Source: Bdellovibrionales bacterium | GTDB lineage: Bacteria; Bdellovibrionota; Bdellovibrionia; Bdellovibrionales; JAGQZY01 | Assembly: GCA_964230645.1 (NCBI GenBank) | Contig: CAXRHT010000002.1 | Location: 96,001 to 160,000 of the forward strand | DNA: 64,000 bases | Direction: 5' to 3' | Shown: positions 9,533 through 19,357 of the stretch, piece after piece | How positions within the stretch are numbered: position 1 is the stretch's first letter | Layout of the letters: each line of letters opens with the position of its first letter | The notes under the pieces: generated by a model | Databases searched by the model: none | The model's input: the letters and a program-made list of their open reading frames with translations, nothing else | Told to the model about the DNA's origin: nothing | Program-made: the position numbers and the translations under genes

Positions 9533-12500
9533 TTGAGTAAGCCATTTGTTCATTTGCATTTACACAGTCAGTATTCTTTGCTTGAGGCTAGTTGTCGAGC
9601 TGGACAGGTTCTCGATAAAGCTAAGTCCTTTGATCAATCCGCTGTGGCTTTAACAGACAGTGGAAACATGTTCGGAGCCGTTGAGTTTTATCTCACCGCT
9701 CAGAAAAAACAGGTAAAGCCCATATTAGGCCTTGATGCCTACATTGCGCCTGAAGACCGATTCACTAAAAACGAAAAAAGAGATGTTAATTACCAACCCA
9801 ATACGCGCTTGGTTTTATTGGCTCAAAACTACAAGGGTTATCAGAATCTTTGTCAAATGAGCTCGATTGGTTACCAAGAAGGTTTTTACTATAAGCCTCG
9901 AATTGATTGGGACGTTTTAAAGGATTTAAACTCTGATGTGATTGCTCTGACGGGAGGGCTTTCCGGAGACATTGTTTCTCACCTTAGACGTCACGGTATG
10001 AAAGAGGCCAAAGAGAGACTCCAGCGCCTTAAAGATATATTTGGTGACAGACTTTACTTGGAGCTTAACCGCACAGGGATCAAGGAGTGGGAAGAGGTCG
10101 AGCCCCTCATGTTTGAGCTCTCTCAAAAAGAGTCTGTCCCAATGGTGGCCACCAATGATGTCTACTATCTCAATAAAGAAGACCAACTCGCTCAAGAGGT
10201 TCTCATCTGTATTGGAAGTAACAAAACTCTTCATGATGAGTCGCGCTGGCGTCTAGGAAGTGAAGAGTTTTACTTTAAATCTTCGGATCAAATGTATGAT
10301 CTTTTTAAGGATTGTCCGGAGCTCTGTGAGAGAACCCAAGAGGTGGCTGATCGCTGCAATATGGAGTTTCGCTTAGAAGACGATACCGGTAAAACCATTT
10401 ACCACCTTCCAAGTTTTCCCACTAAAGACAACTTAAGTTTAACCGATGAACTTAAACGTCTCACCAAAGAAGGTCTTTTAGAGCGTTTTGATGAGGCCAA
10501 GGATCGCGGTGAGGAAGTTTTAGAGAGTGAACATCCGAAGTACTACGAGCGTTTGGACTATGAGATCTCGGTCATCGATTCCATGGGCTTTATTGGTTAC
10601 TTTTTGATCGTACAAGACTTTATCAATTGGGCCAAAGAGCATGATATTCCCGTAGGCCCTGGACGGGGTTCAGGGGCAGGGTCCCTGGTGGCCTATTGTC
10701 TGCGAATCACTGATTTGGACCCTGTTCGTTACTCTTTGATTTTCGAGCGTTTCTTGAATCCTGAGCGTGTGAGTATGCCGGATTTTGATATCGACTTCTG
10801 TCAGGAAAAACGCGGACGAGTGATCGAGTATGTGACTGAAAAATACGGACACGAAAGTGTTTCCCAGATTATCACTTACGGAAAGTTGCAGGCCAGAGCC
10901 GCTCTAAGAGATGTGGGACGTGTTTTGGGGATGAGCTACTCTGAAGTAGACACCATCGCAAAACTCATTCCTGATAAGCTTGGGATCACCCTGAGCGAGG
11001 CCCTTGAAATGGAGCCTCGGATTAAAGAGCAAATGGAGCTCAACCCACAAGTGCATAATATGATCGAGATTGCTCTAAAAGTGGAGGGGCTTGTTAGGCA
11101 CGCAGGGATTCACGCTGCCGGTGTGATTATTGCCGATGGAAAACTTGTCGATCATGCGCCTCTTTATAAGGGTGTGGACGGAGAGAATGTCGTTCAGTAC
11201 GACATGAAGCACGCCGAGAAAATTGGACTGATCAAGTTCGACTTTCTTGGTCTTAAAACACTCACGCACATTAAATACGCTCTTGATTTGATCGAACAAA
11301 ACCGTGGCAAAAAAATTGAAGCCCACGAGATTTCAATCAACGATGAAAAAATTTATTCTTTGATGTCCGCCGGAGATTCCGCAGGGGTCTTCCAGTTTGA
11401 AGGTGATGGAATTACGGATGCGTTAAAAAAGATCAAGCCCACTTGCTTTGAAGACATCATGGCCATAAACGCTCTCTATCGACCGGGTCCCATGGATATG
11501 ATCCCAGAGTACACCCGAAGGAAGCACGGAGAATCAAAGGTTGAGTATATCTTCCCAGAGCTTGAAGAGATTCTAAAAGAAACCCACGGGGTTATTATTT
11601 ATCAGGAGCAGGTGCAGCTAATTGCCTCAAAAATTGCCTCCTACTCTCTCGGGGAAGCCGATCTTCTTCGTCGCGCTATGGGTAAAAAAATCGCCGAAGA
11701 GATGGCAAAGCAACAAAAGCGTTTTGTTAAAGGGGCCGTGGACAACGGTCACGACAAAGAAAAGTCAGAAGAGCTCTTTAACTTAATGGCAAAATTTGCG
11801 GAGTACGGGTTTAACAAGTCCCACTCCGCGGCTTACTGTGTGATTGCCGCGCAAACAGCATGGCTTAAAGCTTATTATCCTATAGAATTCTACGCCGCCC
11901 TTCTCTCCACTGAGATGAGTGATACCGATAAGATTGTAAAGTACATTAAGCTTTGTCGCAGACGAGGCATTGATGTCGAGCCTCCTCATATCAATCACTC
12001 CGATTATAAATTTACCGTTCGGGGGGAAACTCTTTATTACAGTTTAGCGGCAATTAAGGGTGTGGGGCAGTCAGCAGTAGAGGCCATCTTAGAAGCCAGG
12101 GCCGGAATTCCAGAGAAAAAATTTGAGTCCATTGATCACTTTTTTGAAGTGGTGGATTTAAGACGAGTGAACAAAAAGGTGATCGAGTGTCTCATAAAGG
12201 CTGGAGCCTTTGATAATTTCGGTTACCATCGCTCCCAACTTCTTGCTGGCTACGAAAAGTTCGTGGACGCCGCTGAAACCAAAAGACAAGACAGAGAAGT
12301 GGGACAGGTTTCCCTCTTCTCGGTGTCATCAGAAGAAGAGCAGGCTCAAGAAAAAGTGGTTCTTCCCGATGACGAAGCCTGGGGTCGGATGACAAGGCTC
12401 AGTTATGAAAAAGAAGTGCTTGGCTTTTTTCTGAGTGATCACCCTTTAAATGGTTACGAGGGAATTTGTGCGGCCTGGGCTAATACAACGATCAACGAAA

Positions 12501-13018
12501 TTGATAAACTGGCTAATAAATCCAGAGTCACTCTGGTCGGAATGGTCACTCAAAACCGAGAGATCATTACCAAAAAGGGAACCCGCATGGCCTTTGTGCA
12601 GTTTGAAGATCTCACAGCTCCTATGGAGGTGATTGTTTTCCCAAACACTTTTGCCGATTATGAAGAGGTCTTAAAGCAAGAAGTGCCGCTGGTGATCTCC
12701 GGTGTTTTGGAGAAAAAAGATGAGAATCCAAAGATCATTGCTGACAAAATAACCACTTTGGCTGACAGTATCAATCGAGCCAAGTCAGTGATCTTTCGGG
12801 TCGACTCCAAAATGGAAGAGAATTTAAGCAAATTACGCACTCGTATAGACGAAAATCCAGGGGAAACTCGGGTGAAAATCGAATTGAATTTGGAGTCCAT
12901 TAAAAAGAAAGTGATGTACGATATTAGAGACCCCAAAGGCATTCATCTCACCAATGACTTTTTAGAAGGCTTACAGAAGGATTTCGGTGGTGTGGATTTT
13001 ATCGACATTTCACAATAG
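9533..13018 (+). CDS. dnaE: DNA polymerase III alpha subunit
   Basis: PHP FVHLHLHSQYSLL, GPGRGSGAGSL, ERFLNPERVSMPDFDIDF, YGFNKSH, OB fold; no intein seen. Confidence 0.97.
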   Translation: MSKPFVHLHLHSQYSLLEASCRAGQVLDKAKSFDQSAVALTDSGNMFGAVEFYLTAQKKQVKPILGLDAYIAPEDRFTKNEKRDVNYQPNTRLVLLAQNYKGYQNLCQMSSIGYQEGFYYKPRIDWDVLKDLNSDVIALTGGLSGDIVSHLRRHGMKEAKERLQRLKDIFGDRLYLELNRTGIKEWEEVEPLMFELSQKESVPMVATNDVYYLNKEDQLAQEVLICIGSNKTLHDESRWRLGSEEFYFKSSDQMYDLFKDCPELCERTQEVADRCNMEFRLEDDTGKTIYHLPSFPTKDNLSLTDELKRLTKEGLLERFDEAKDRGEEVLESEHPKYYERLDYEISVIDSMGFIGYFLIVQDFINWAKEHDIPVGPGRGSGAGSLVAYCLRITDLDPVRYSLIFERFLNPERVSMPDFDIDFCQEKRGRVIEYVTEKYGHESVSQIITYGKLQARAALRDVGRVLGMSYSEVDTIAKLIPDKLGITLSEALEMEPRIKEQMELNPQVHNMIEIALKVEGLVRHAGIHAAGVIIADGKLVDHAPLYKGVDGENVVQYDMKHAEKIGLIKFDFLGLKTLTHIKYALDLIEQNRGKKIEAHEISINDEKIYSLMSAGDSAGVFQFEGDGITDALKKIKPTCFEDIMAINALYRPGPMDMIPEYTRRKHGESKVEYIFPELEEILKETHGVIIYQEQVQLIASKIASYSLGEADLLRRAMGKKIAEEMAKQQKRFVKGAVDNGHDKEKSEELFNLMAKFAEYGFNKSHSAAYCVIAAQTAWLKAYYPIEFYAALLSTEMSDTDKIVKYIKLCRRRGIDVEPPHINHSDYKFTVRGETLYYSLAAIKGVGQSAVEAILEARAGIPEKKFESIDHFFEVVDLRRVNKKVIECLIKAGAFDNFGYHRSQLLAGYEKFVDAAETKRQDREVGQVSLFSVSSEEEQAQEKVVLPDDEAWGRMTRLSYEKEVLGFFLSDHPLNGYEGICAAWANTTINEIDKLANKSRVTLVGMVTQNREIITKKGTRMAFVQFEDLTAPMEVIVFPNTFADYEEVLKQEVPLVISGVLEKKDENPKIIADKITTLADSINRAKSVIFRVDSKMEENLSKLRTRIDENPGETRVKIELNLESIKKKVMYDIRDPKGIHLTNDFLEGLQKDFGGVDFIDISQ

Positions 13019-13128
13019 GGAAGCGTGCTGTTAGATTTTAACAGCCCATTAACACCTTTAAATTGTCCTAATATACAGGTACTATCAATGAGCATAATAA
13101 ATACCGGCCACTATGATGGGGAGGGGTT

Positions 13129-14295
13129 ATGAGAGTGCTTTTAAGCTTAATGATCGTGAGTCTTTTTTCCTGGCCAGCTATGGCCAAATATCAGGTGGTT
13201 GTTTCAAGCCAAGTGGTTGAAGAAGAGGATGAAAGAAAAGCACGCAGGGAGGCCATTGATCAGGCCACCGATCAAGTCACAATCGATATTGTAAAAAAGC
13301 AAATTGGAGCGGATCGATTTGCTGAAAACAAAAAGAAAATCGACGATGAAGTGAAGGCCCTTAAAAACCGTTTTATTCCCTTTTTTAAAATTATCTCAAG
13401 TGAGAAAAAGGGCAAAGAGTACCATTTTAAAATTGAAGTGAAGGTTTCCACCGCGGATCTCCGTCAGGTTTTGCAGCAAAAGGGGCTCTTCGCTAGTTCT
13501 CAAAAAACAGGAATCACTCTTCCATTCATAGAATTCAATAACAATATCACAGGAGAATCCTACCGCTGGTGGTCTCCTGTTTTTAATGTTTCCAATGAGC
13601 TTCAAACCATGTCTTTAAAGTTTGAAGAGGAGCTTTTCCAAGGTTTTATAAGTAAGGGTCTTTTCTTATTAAGGCCTCAGGCCTTTGATATGATCCACCT
13701 TGTGCCCCATTTTATGAGGAAAACTTATCTGACTCAGACCGAGAAAGTACAATTGACTAACTTGAAAAAGGGTCAGCTTTTTATTGATGGAAGAGTGGAT
13801 CTTATTGCCTCACCCTTAAGAGAAAACGCCTACAGAATACGGGTGCAATTAAGTTGTAAGCAGTCGTCCAATGGAAAAAGTGTCGCCGAGGTTGTCAGAA
13901 CTTTTGATACGGCCTCGGGTAAGCAACTCGCTCAACTGTTCGGAAAGGTAAAAGATCTGGCTGTGGAATCTGGTGAAGAGCTTGCAGAGCAAGTCTATGA
14001 CCTTTGGCAACGAGGGGGCCTTGAAACTCAAACCTTGCAACTGGCGGTCACTGGGCAACTTAACCATCACCAGCTTATTGCCTTTAAAAAAGCTCTGAGT
14101 GAAAAGATGGGACTCTCTGAGGGGCTAACCGAAAGGCTTTTTGAGCCAGGACGAGTGACTTTTGAACTTAACTACAGCGGTGGGGCTGAAAACTTGAGTC
14201 AAAAATTGGGTCGAATGAAGCTTGATGGCTTCATCTCCCAAGTGGTTTCAAGCCAAGCCGATCAAATCACTCTCGATGTTAAATCGACGAAGTAG
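13129..14295 (+). CDS. Secreted hypothetical protein (N-terminus resembles LPP20/FlgT-N type domains)
   Basis: Signal peptide ending AMA; ARREAIDQA helix; 388-aa ORF with GGAGG RBS. Confidence 0.6.
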   Translation: MRVLLSLMIVSLFSWPAMAKYQVVVSSQVVEEEDERKARREAIDQATDQVTIDIVKKQIGADRFAENKKKIDDEVKALKNRFIPFFKIISSEKKGKEYHFKIEVKVSTADLRQVLQQKGLFASSQKTGITLPFIEFNNNITGESYRWWSPVFNVSNELQTMSLKFEEELFQGFISKGLFLLRPQAFDMIHLVPHFMRKTYLTQTEKVQLTNLKKGQLFIDGRVDLIASPLRENAYRIRVQLSCKQSSNGKSVAEVVRTFDTASGKQLAQLFGKVKDLAVESGEELAEQVYDLWQRGGLETQTLQLAVTGQLNHHQLIAFKKALSEKMGLSEGLTERLFEPGRVTFELNYSGGAENLSQKLGRMKLDGFISQVVSSQADQITLDVKSTK

Positions 14296-14316
14296 GAAGT
14301 CATCTAGTAACTCTAG

Positions 14317-14826
14317 GTGGCAACTTTTATGCCTTCACCTCGTCGCCGCATCCTATTTTCTATCTTCCAGCTGATTTTTTGGTTCATTGTATTTTTGCAA
14401 GTCCCAATACATGGAGAAATGTATCCCTTCTCCTTTTTTGGAATGTACAAAGGGTCTAAGTTGGGGATTTCTTATCAGGCCTTTACTTGGCGCATTTTTC
14501 GCGATGAAAAGGAAATTTGTGTTGGGAAGAATTCACAGAATTACCAAATCGAAAATCTTCTGAGAGAAATTTTACTTAAAGAAGTGAAAGACAAAAATCG
14601 ATTTGTCCTCAAAAAAGGAAAATCCATAAATAAGGTTTCGCGATTAGAGGTCAAAGCAATAGAAAAGCAGGTCGTGCCAGTAATCCTATCGCGATGTAAT
14701 ATTGAGCCTGGCAGTAGAATACAAGTAAGAATTACTCATCGAGCATGGAAGAAATTAACCCAGGCATCGATAGTGAAGGCTGACCGAGAGTTGGTGGTCT
14801 ACAAGGGCGAGCATGTCGGGAACTAA
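14317..14826 (+). CDS. Membrane-anchored hypothetical protein, partner of the HTTM-like gene
   Basis: N-terminal TM then EMYPFSFFGMY; overlaps the next gene. Confidence 0.6.
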   Translation: MATFMPSPRRRILFSIFQLIFWFIVFLQVPIHGEMYPFSFFGMYKGSKLGISYQAFTWRIFRDEKEICVGKNSQNYQIENLLREILLKEVKDKNRFVLKKGKSINKVSRLEVKAIEKQVVPVILSRCNIEPGSRIQVRITHRAWKKLTQASIVKADRELVVYKGEHVGN

Positions 14827-15688
14827 TTTTGTTTTCAATAAGTGGAACTCCTTTTGGTTTGCGAAAAGAAATCCACAGCCCCTATCTATCTACCGAGTAT
14901 TGATTTTTTCTGGATTGCTAGTTGTTTATTGGTTTTTTTGGGATCGACATGAGAGCTTTTTTAATTGTGAACTCTATCAGACTGTTGGAGTGTACAGTCT
15001 TTTCGGGATTCCGTGTTCTAGTTATCTGTTTAAAATAGCTTACTGGGCTGGAATTTTAACGGCCTTTTTAGCGCTATTAGGACTGGGGTATAAATGGACC
15101 GGGAAATTAGCCTCACTATTCGCGCTATTTGTCTCAGGTTACATTTATAACTTTCACGAAGTTTATCATAGCTACCACATGTTTATAATCGTAGTCCTTA
15201 TTGTTGGGTTCAGCCGAGCAGGGGGATCCCTATCATTTGATGCTTGGCTTCAAAAGAATTCAATGGAGGACTCATGGGAATTCCATTGGCCTCTCCAGAT
15301 GGTTAGACTTTATGTGGTCTACGTCTATTGGATTGTTGGGATTGAAAAACTTTATTATGGCGGCTTCGAATGGGCCTTTTCCGAGAACCTTCAGATGATT
15401 GTTTTTGTAAACCCTCAAAAAGGTCTCCTAGCTCCTTGGTTTCTTTCTTTATCTAAATACTCAGTTATACTGATTGCTAGTTGGTCTTTATTTGTCGCGG
15501 AATTTCTTAGCCCCATCGCACTCTTTGGAAAAAAGGCTGGCTACTTTATGTGGTTTAATTGGCTCATATTTCATATTGGAGTGAGTCTAACTCTCGGGGG
15601 GCACCTCGGCTTTTTCTCTCAAGTCCTCTGTGCTTGTGTCTTCCTCTTGCCCCTGATGCCAGGAGAACAATCTAGAAATACCAATTGA
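14813..15688 (+). CDS. HTTM-domain (vitamin K-dependent carboxylase-like) multi-pass membrane protein
   Basis: WNSFWF..P.PL..YR, SLSFDAW, WPLQ.......Y...G.EKL...G..W, ..FH motifs. Confidence 0.7.
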   Translation: MSGTNFVFNKWNSFWFAKRNPQPLSIYRVLIFSGLLVVYWFFWDRHESFFNCELYQTVGVYSLFGIPCSSYLFKIAYWAGILTAFLALLGLGYKWTGKLASLFALFVSGYIYNFHEVYHSYHMFIIVVLIVGFSRAGGSLSFDAWLQKNSMEDSWEFHWPLQMVRLYVVYVYWIVGIEKLYYGGFEWAFSENLQMIVFVNPQKGLLAPWFLSLSKYSVILIASWSLFVAEFLSPIALFGKKAGYFMWFNWLIFHIGVSLTLGGHLGFFSQVLCACVFLLPLMPGEQSRNTN

Positions 15689-15736
15689 TCGTGGGTCTCA
15701 ATTTTTTAGTTTGATTTTTTGACTTGAACTACGCCC

Positions 15737-16744
15737 TCAATTTCCGTTCAGGACTGAGGTGAGGAAGTTAGCTCTTTCCTGGGCGAGATCCACATTATTG
15801 CGGGCCCATTCCCCAGCGTGAACGACAACATCAACACCTCGTCTGTTCGCCTGGTAGGCGATGGCTTCCGCGTTTCTTCTATGGTGATAAAGACGGGATT
15901 TAGTAAAAGTGAGTTCATCATCTTGTTTCACATTCTCCACATAAATCGGTGGATCATTGCTATCAATTTGCCTGAGAAGCCCCAGTTTTTCATCCATATC
16001 ATCGGCTCTATGGTCGAACATTTCGTGAGAATTATTCACCCCATACACTTTTTTGAGATGCCATAAGACGCTACGGGTTTTAGAAGAGTGGCGAAGCGCT
16101 TGTTCAAGAGATCGATTGAGATCGTCGAGGTCTTGTTCAAAAACAAGCTCTAATTCCGGAATGCTGTAAGTGGCCTGCGCTTCAAAAAGCATGAGTCCCA
16201 CTATATTATGGGAGTAGGTGTTGTTATACCCAATGGAGCTTGCAATGCCAGCTCCGGCCGAGTTACCGGCCAGAATAATTTTACTGGTATCAATCTGTCG
16301 CCATTGCGCGCGGTAGCGTAAGAAACGAAAGGCTTTGTCGCCATCGTCAAAAGCGCGAGTGGCACCGCGACCATCCTCACTGACAAGGAAACTGTAGTTT
16401 ACACTGGCTACAGCAATTTTATTGCTGAGTAAGTCTTTAATTTCATTTTTATATTTAGAGAATATATTGCATTTATCTCCCTTTTCAAAACCTCCACCGT
16501 GGAAAAAAATCACCAATGGAGTGCGCGAGGGATTTTTGTCATGATAAAAAAGGTCTAACTTTTGACGATGACGATCAGGATTAGAGTTGTCGTAGGCGTA
16601 ATCCAGGTTGTGGTTGTATTTATAGAGAAATTTTTTATAATTTTTATCGATCTTATTGCGACAGCTCCAGTTTTTTTCGTTAGACATGGCAAAAGTTGAA
16701 ATAGGTGAAAATAATATTAGTATTAAGAGTAATCTTGTCGCCAT
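15737..16744 (-). CDS. Secreted alpha/beta hydrolase (esterase/lipase)
   Basis: Signal peptide; QKLDL, HGGGF..GDK, VNY, GNSAG nucleophile. Confidence 0.88.
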   Translation of the reverse strand: MATRLLLILILFSPISTFAMSNEKNWSCRNKIDKNYKKFLYKYNHNLDYAYDNSNPDRHRQKLDLFYHDKNPSRTPLVIFFHGGGFEKGDKCNIFSKYKNEIKDLLSNKIAVASVNYSFLVSEDGRGATRAFDDGDKAFRFLRYRAQWRQIDTSKIILAGNSAGAGIASSIGYNNTYSHNIVGLMLFEAQATYSIPELELVFEQDLDDLNRSLEQALRHSSKTRSVLWHLKKVYGVNNSHEMFDHRADDMDEKLGLLRQIDSNDPPIYVENVKQDDELTFTKSRLYHHRRNAEAIAYQANRRGVDVVVHAGEWARNNVDLAQERANFLTSVLNGN

Positions 16745-16887
16745 AATGCCCCCTCTGATCTTTTTTTATAGAAACTAGGATAGTCATTTTTTTGTGGACT
16801 TTCTATCTTTGTAAGAGTGAATCTCAAGTTAAGACATTTTTTCTCTAAATCTGTCGATGCTTTTCTCGAAATTAGAAATAAGTTTAA

Positions 16888-17427
16888 TTAGGGGTCTATG
16901 GAAGCTTTGGTGAAAATACAAGGGGGGCGATCAGGGTATCCGCATCCGGCGGGACTCTCTGAGGTGAAGCCTGCGGCTAAAAAATTGTTCTTATAAAGGC
17001 TCAGGATATTATTAAAATACTGATGGGTTTCAGAGCTTGCATGATTATAGACATCAAATTGCACGGGACTTGATCCAATAAGGGGATAAGTGCCGCACTT
17101 TATTTCAATATCCACTCTATTATAGTGCTCCGGATTATTGCGCCAGAGTGGGTGGCGGGGAGGGCGAAAGTTGTTGTTCTCCCTTCGCCACTGGTTGATA
17201 AAAGAAATATCAAGATTAAGTTCACAGCGTTCACTTCGATCCAATAGACCTTGAGCCGCCTCCCCGTAATAGGGCCAGTTTTCATGAATTTGACCCCAGC
17301 GGGCCTGAGGTGCCCCAGTGGCAATCTCGGAGGGACTGACCCATTGCTGGGAATCCCCTTGAGTGCTTTCCGCCATAAGTTGATTGGCACTCACGCATAA
17401 AATTAGAAATAGAAAAGTTTGTCTCAT
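16888..17427 (-). CDS. Secreted hypothetical protein
   Basis: MRQTFLFLILCVSANQLMA signal peptide after an AAGGA RBS. Confidence 0.65.
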   Translation of the reverse strand: MRQTFLFLILCVSANQLMAESTQGDSQQWVSPSEIATGAPQARWGQIHENWPYYGEAAQGLLDRSERCELNLDISFINQWRRENNNFRPPRHPLWRNNPEHYNRVDIEIKCGTYPLIGSSPVQFDVYNHASSETHQYFNNILSLYKNNFLAAGFTSESPAGCGYPDRPPCIFTKASIDP

Positions 17428-17572
17428 TAACAAATGTCCTTTTTCCAATCTTAAACCTAAGCCACTCCAAATATAAAAAATCCCTTCGTTTTGTTTCACA
17501 TCGAGACACCTAGATCCGAAAAATTGAGGAATTTATCAAGTTCCCTATAATGGAACAAGATATGGGGGGAAT

Positions 17573-19315
17573 ATGAAAACTTTTACCAAGCTAGTTCTAG
17601 CTGGCGTTTTACTATCAAATATTTTACTTTTCCAAAACTGTAGCAACAGCCTTACGGCGAATCTGAGCGAAGAGGAGTCTTCAGAATCTCTAGAAGACGA
17701 TATTTTTACAAGTTCCTCAAATAACGATACCAATAAGTTAAATGTCAAAAAACGACCCTATTACGAAGGGCGAATCAGCTTTGATGGAAAGGTGATCACA
17801 GGTTTTCTTTGCGCCAACAAAAATACTCAGATTAAAGTTTATCGAGGCGGTAAAACCCATACTCTCTCGCCGGCTCTTACCCTTTCTGGTAATGACTTTA
17901 AAAGACAAGGTAAATTTCTTTATGATCTTTGCGACAGAAAGTTTGATCGGTTGGCTTATTTTAGCCATCGCCTGCCAGGATATTTCCGCTCAGGATCAAC
18001 ATTTAAGGTTAATGGCTGGACCCAGTTTAGTCCATATCGTCTGAACTCAAATCTTAAATCCGTGGGTATTCAATACACCACTTATCACTGTCCGATGTCA
18101 TCTTCTTATGGATGGGACCGAGTTTTCAATATCGATTCTATAGTTAAGGGAACCTCATCAAAAGGCTGGGGACCGGTCAATTGGCATCATTGGATAGAAA
18201 AGCCTTTTGACGGGTACTACTGTTTGAGTCGAGACACTGACCTCATTCAAAAACATGCTGTGCAACTGATGAATGCTGGTGTGGACTATATTTATATTGA
18301 TATTACCAATGATCCCTTGGTCTATAATGCCAATGGTTCCATGAAATGGGATTTTGAGAGAAAAATTCATTCTCCATTGATGAAGATTATTGATGTTTAT
18401 AAAAACCTTGAGTCTAAAGGTATTGCTGTTCCTAAGATTGCTTTGTGGATTGGTGCAACCAAGTATTATAAAAATCGTGCTGTTGATTACAATCAGTCAG
18501 TTTTAAAATGGGCGAAAACAGAATTTAACAACCGTGCAGGTCCTCTGCGTTACAAAGGTTTTGAATCGAAGCCTATTATTTTTATGAAAGTGGCGAACAA
18601 GCAGTGGTTTGATTGGGGTTATGTAAAAGATCACTTCGAATCTAGTAAGAGCCATTTCAAGCCAATTATTAAGTGGGCCAACGTTGAAGCTTTTATGGAA
18701 AAGAAGCCCTATCGTTGGGTGGCTTCTGCTGATGGCTCAAGAGTTGACCCTAAAAAAGTATGGCGCTTTAAAGAATCCTGTCAGTATAAAAGCGATGGGG
18801 AGCCTGTGAAGGATTGTAAACAAAATGCTATTGCTAATCAGATCAGTGTGGCGGCCGCGGAGCAACGTCCTGTGATGACTGATACGGATTCTTTATCAAA
18901 AAGAAGAGGAAGAACCTTTTTTCAACAGTTCCAAGGGGCATTTGATCGTTCTAAAAAATATATTTCCATTTCCAATTGGAACAACTGGTTAACCAATCGC
19001 TATTGCCATGGGTCCAATCGTTATGGTCTCGGTGGGGGAGCACCCACTTCAAAGCCCTCTCTTAGAGATTTTGATGATTTCAAAGACTACGGTTGTGATA
19101 GTGGAAAAAGTGTTGATTCAAGGGGGCTTCCGCTTTTTGTTGACTCATACACCTATCAATACTCTCGCGTTTTAGAACCCAGTCGTTCGGAAGGGGACTG
19201 TCATTACCAACTTATGAGAGCCTTGGTGCATTCTGCTAAACTCGGTCATAGTGGTATTCCCTATGATACTAAAAAAGACTTTATCGATAGTTGTAACTTT
19301 CAGTTGGTACGCTAG
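17573..19315 (+). CDS. Lipoprotein with a GH99/DUF5010-like glycoside hydrolase domain
   Basis: LFQNC lipobox; GYYC, IQKHA.QL..AGVDYI.ID.TN, I.ISNWNNW, D.Y..QYSR.LEP..G..YQL pattern. Confidence 0.6.
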   Translation: MKTFTKLVLAGVLLSNILLFQNCSNSLTANLSEEESSESLEDDIFTSSSNNDTNKLNVKKRPYYEGRISFDGKVITGFLCANKNTQIKVYRGGKTHTLSPALTLSGNDFKRQGKFLYDLCDRKFDRLAYFSHRLPGYFRSGSTFKVNGWTQFSPYRLNSNLKSVGIQYTTYHCPMSSSYGWDRVFNIDSIVKGTSSKGWGPVNWHHWIEKPFDGYYCLSRDTDLIQKHAVQLMNAGVDYIYIDITNDPLVYNANGSMKWDFERKIHSPLMKIIDVYKNLESKGIAVPKIALWIGATKYYKNRAVDYNQSVLKWAKTEFNNRAGPLRYKGFESKPIIFMKVANKQWFDWGYVKDHFESSKSHFKPIIKWANVEAFMEKKPYRWVASADGSRVDPKKVWRFKESCQYKSDGEPVKDCKQNAIANQISVAAAEQRPVMTDTDSLSKRRGRTFFQQFQGAFDRSKKYISISNWNNWLTNRYCHGSNRYGLGGGAPTSKPSLRDFDDFKDYGCDSGKSVDSRGLPLFVDSYTYQYSRVLEPSRSEGDCHYQLMRALVHSAKLGHSGIPYDTKKDFIDSCNFQLVR

Positions 19316-19323
19316 ACGAGAAA

Positions 19324-19350
19324 AGGAAGTGGGCTTTTGACCCGCTTCCT
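19324..19350. terminator. Bidirectional intrinsic terminator
   Basis: AGGAAGTGGG/CCCGCTTCCT stem between convergent genes with A and T tracts. Confidence 0.75.
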
Positions 19351-19357
19351 CTTTTGA

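Noticed and set aside
9201..9536. 111-aa ORF between guaA and dnaE
   Set aside because: It reads through the REP palindromes (VLSEAKDLRSFATLRMT) and overlaps guaA; probably spurious.
9533..13018. Intein in dnaE
   Set aside because: Length (1161 aa) and motifs are continuous.
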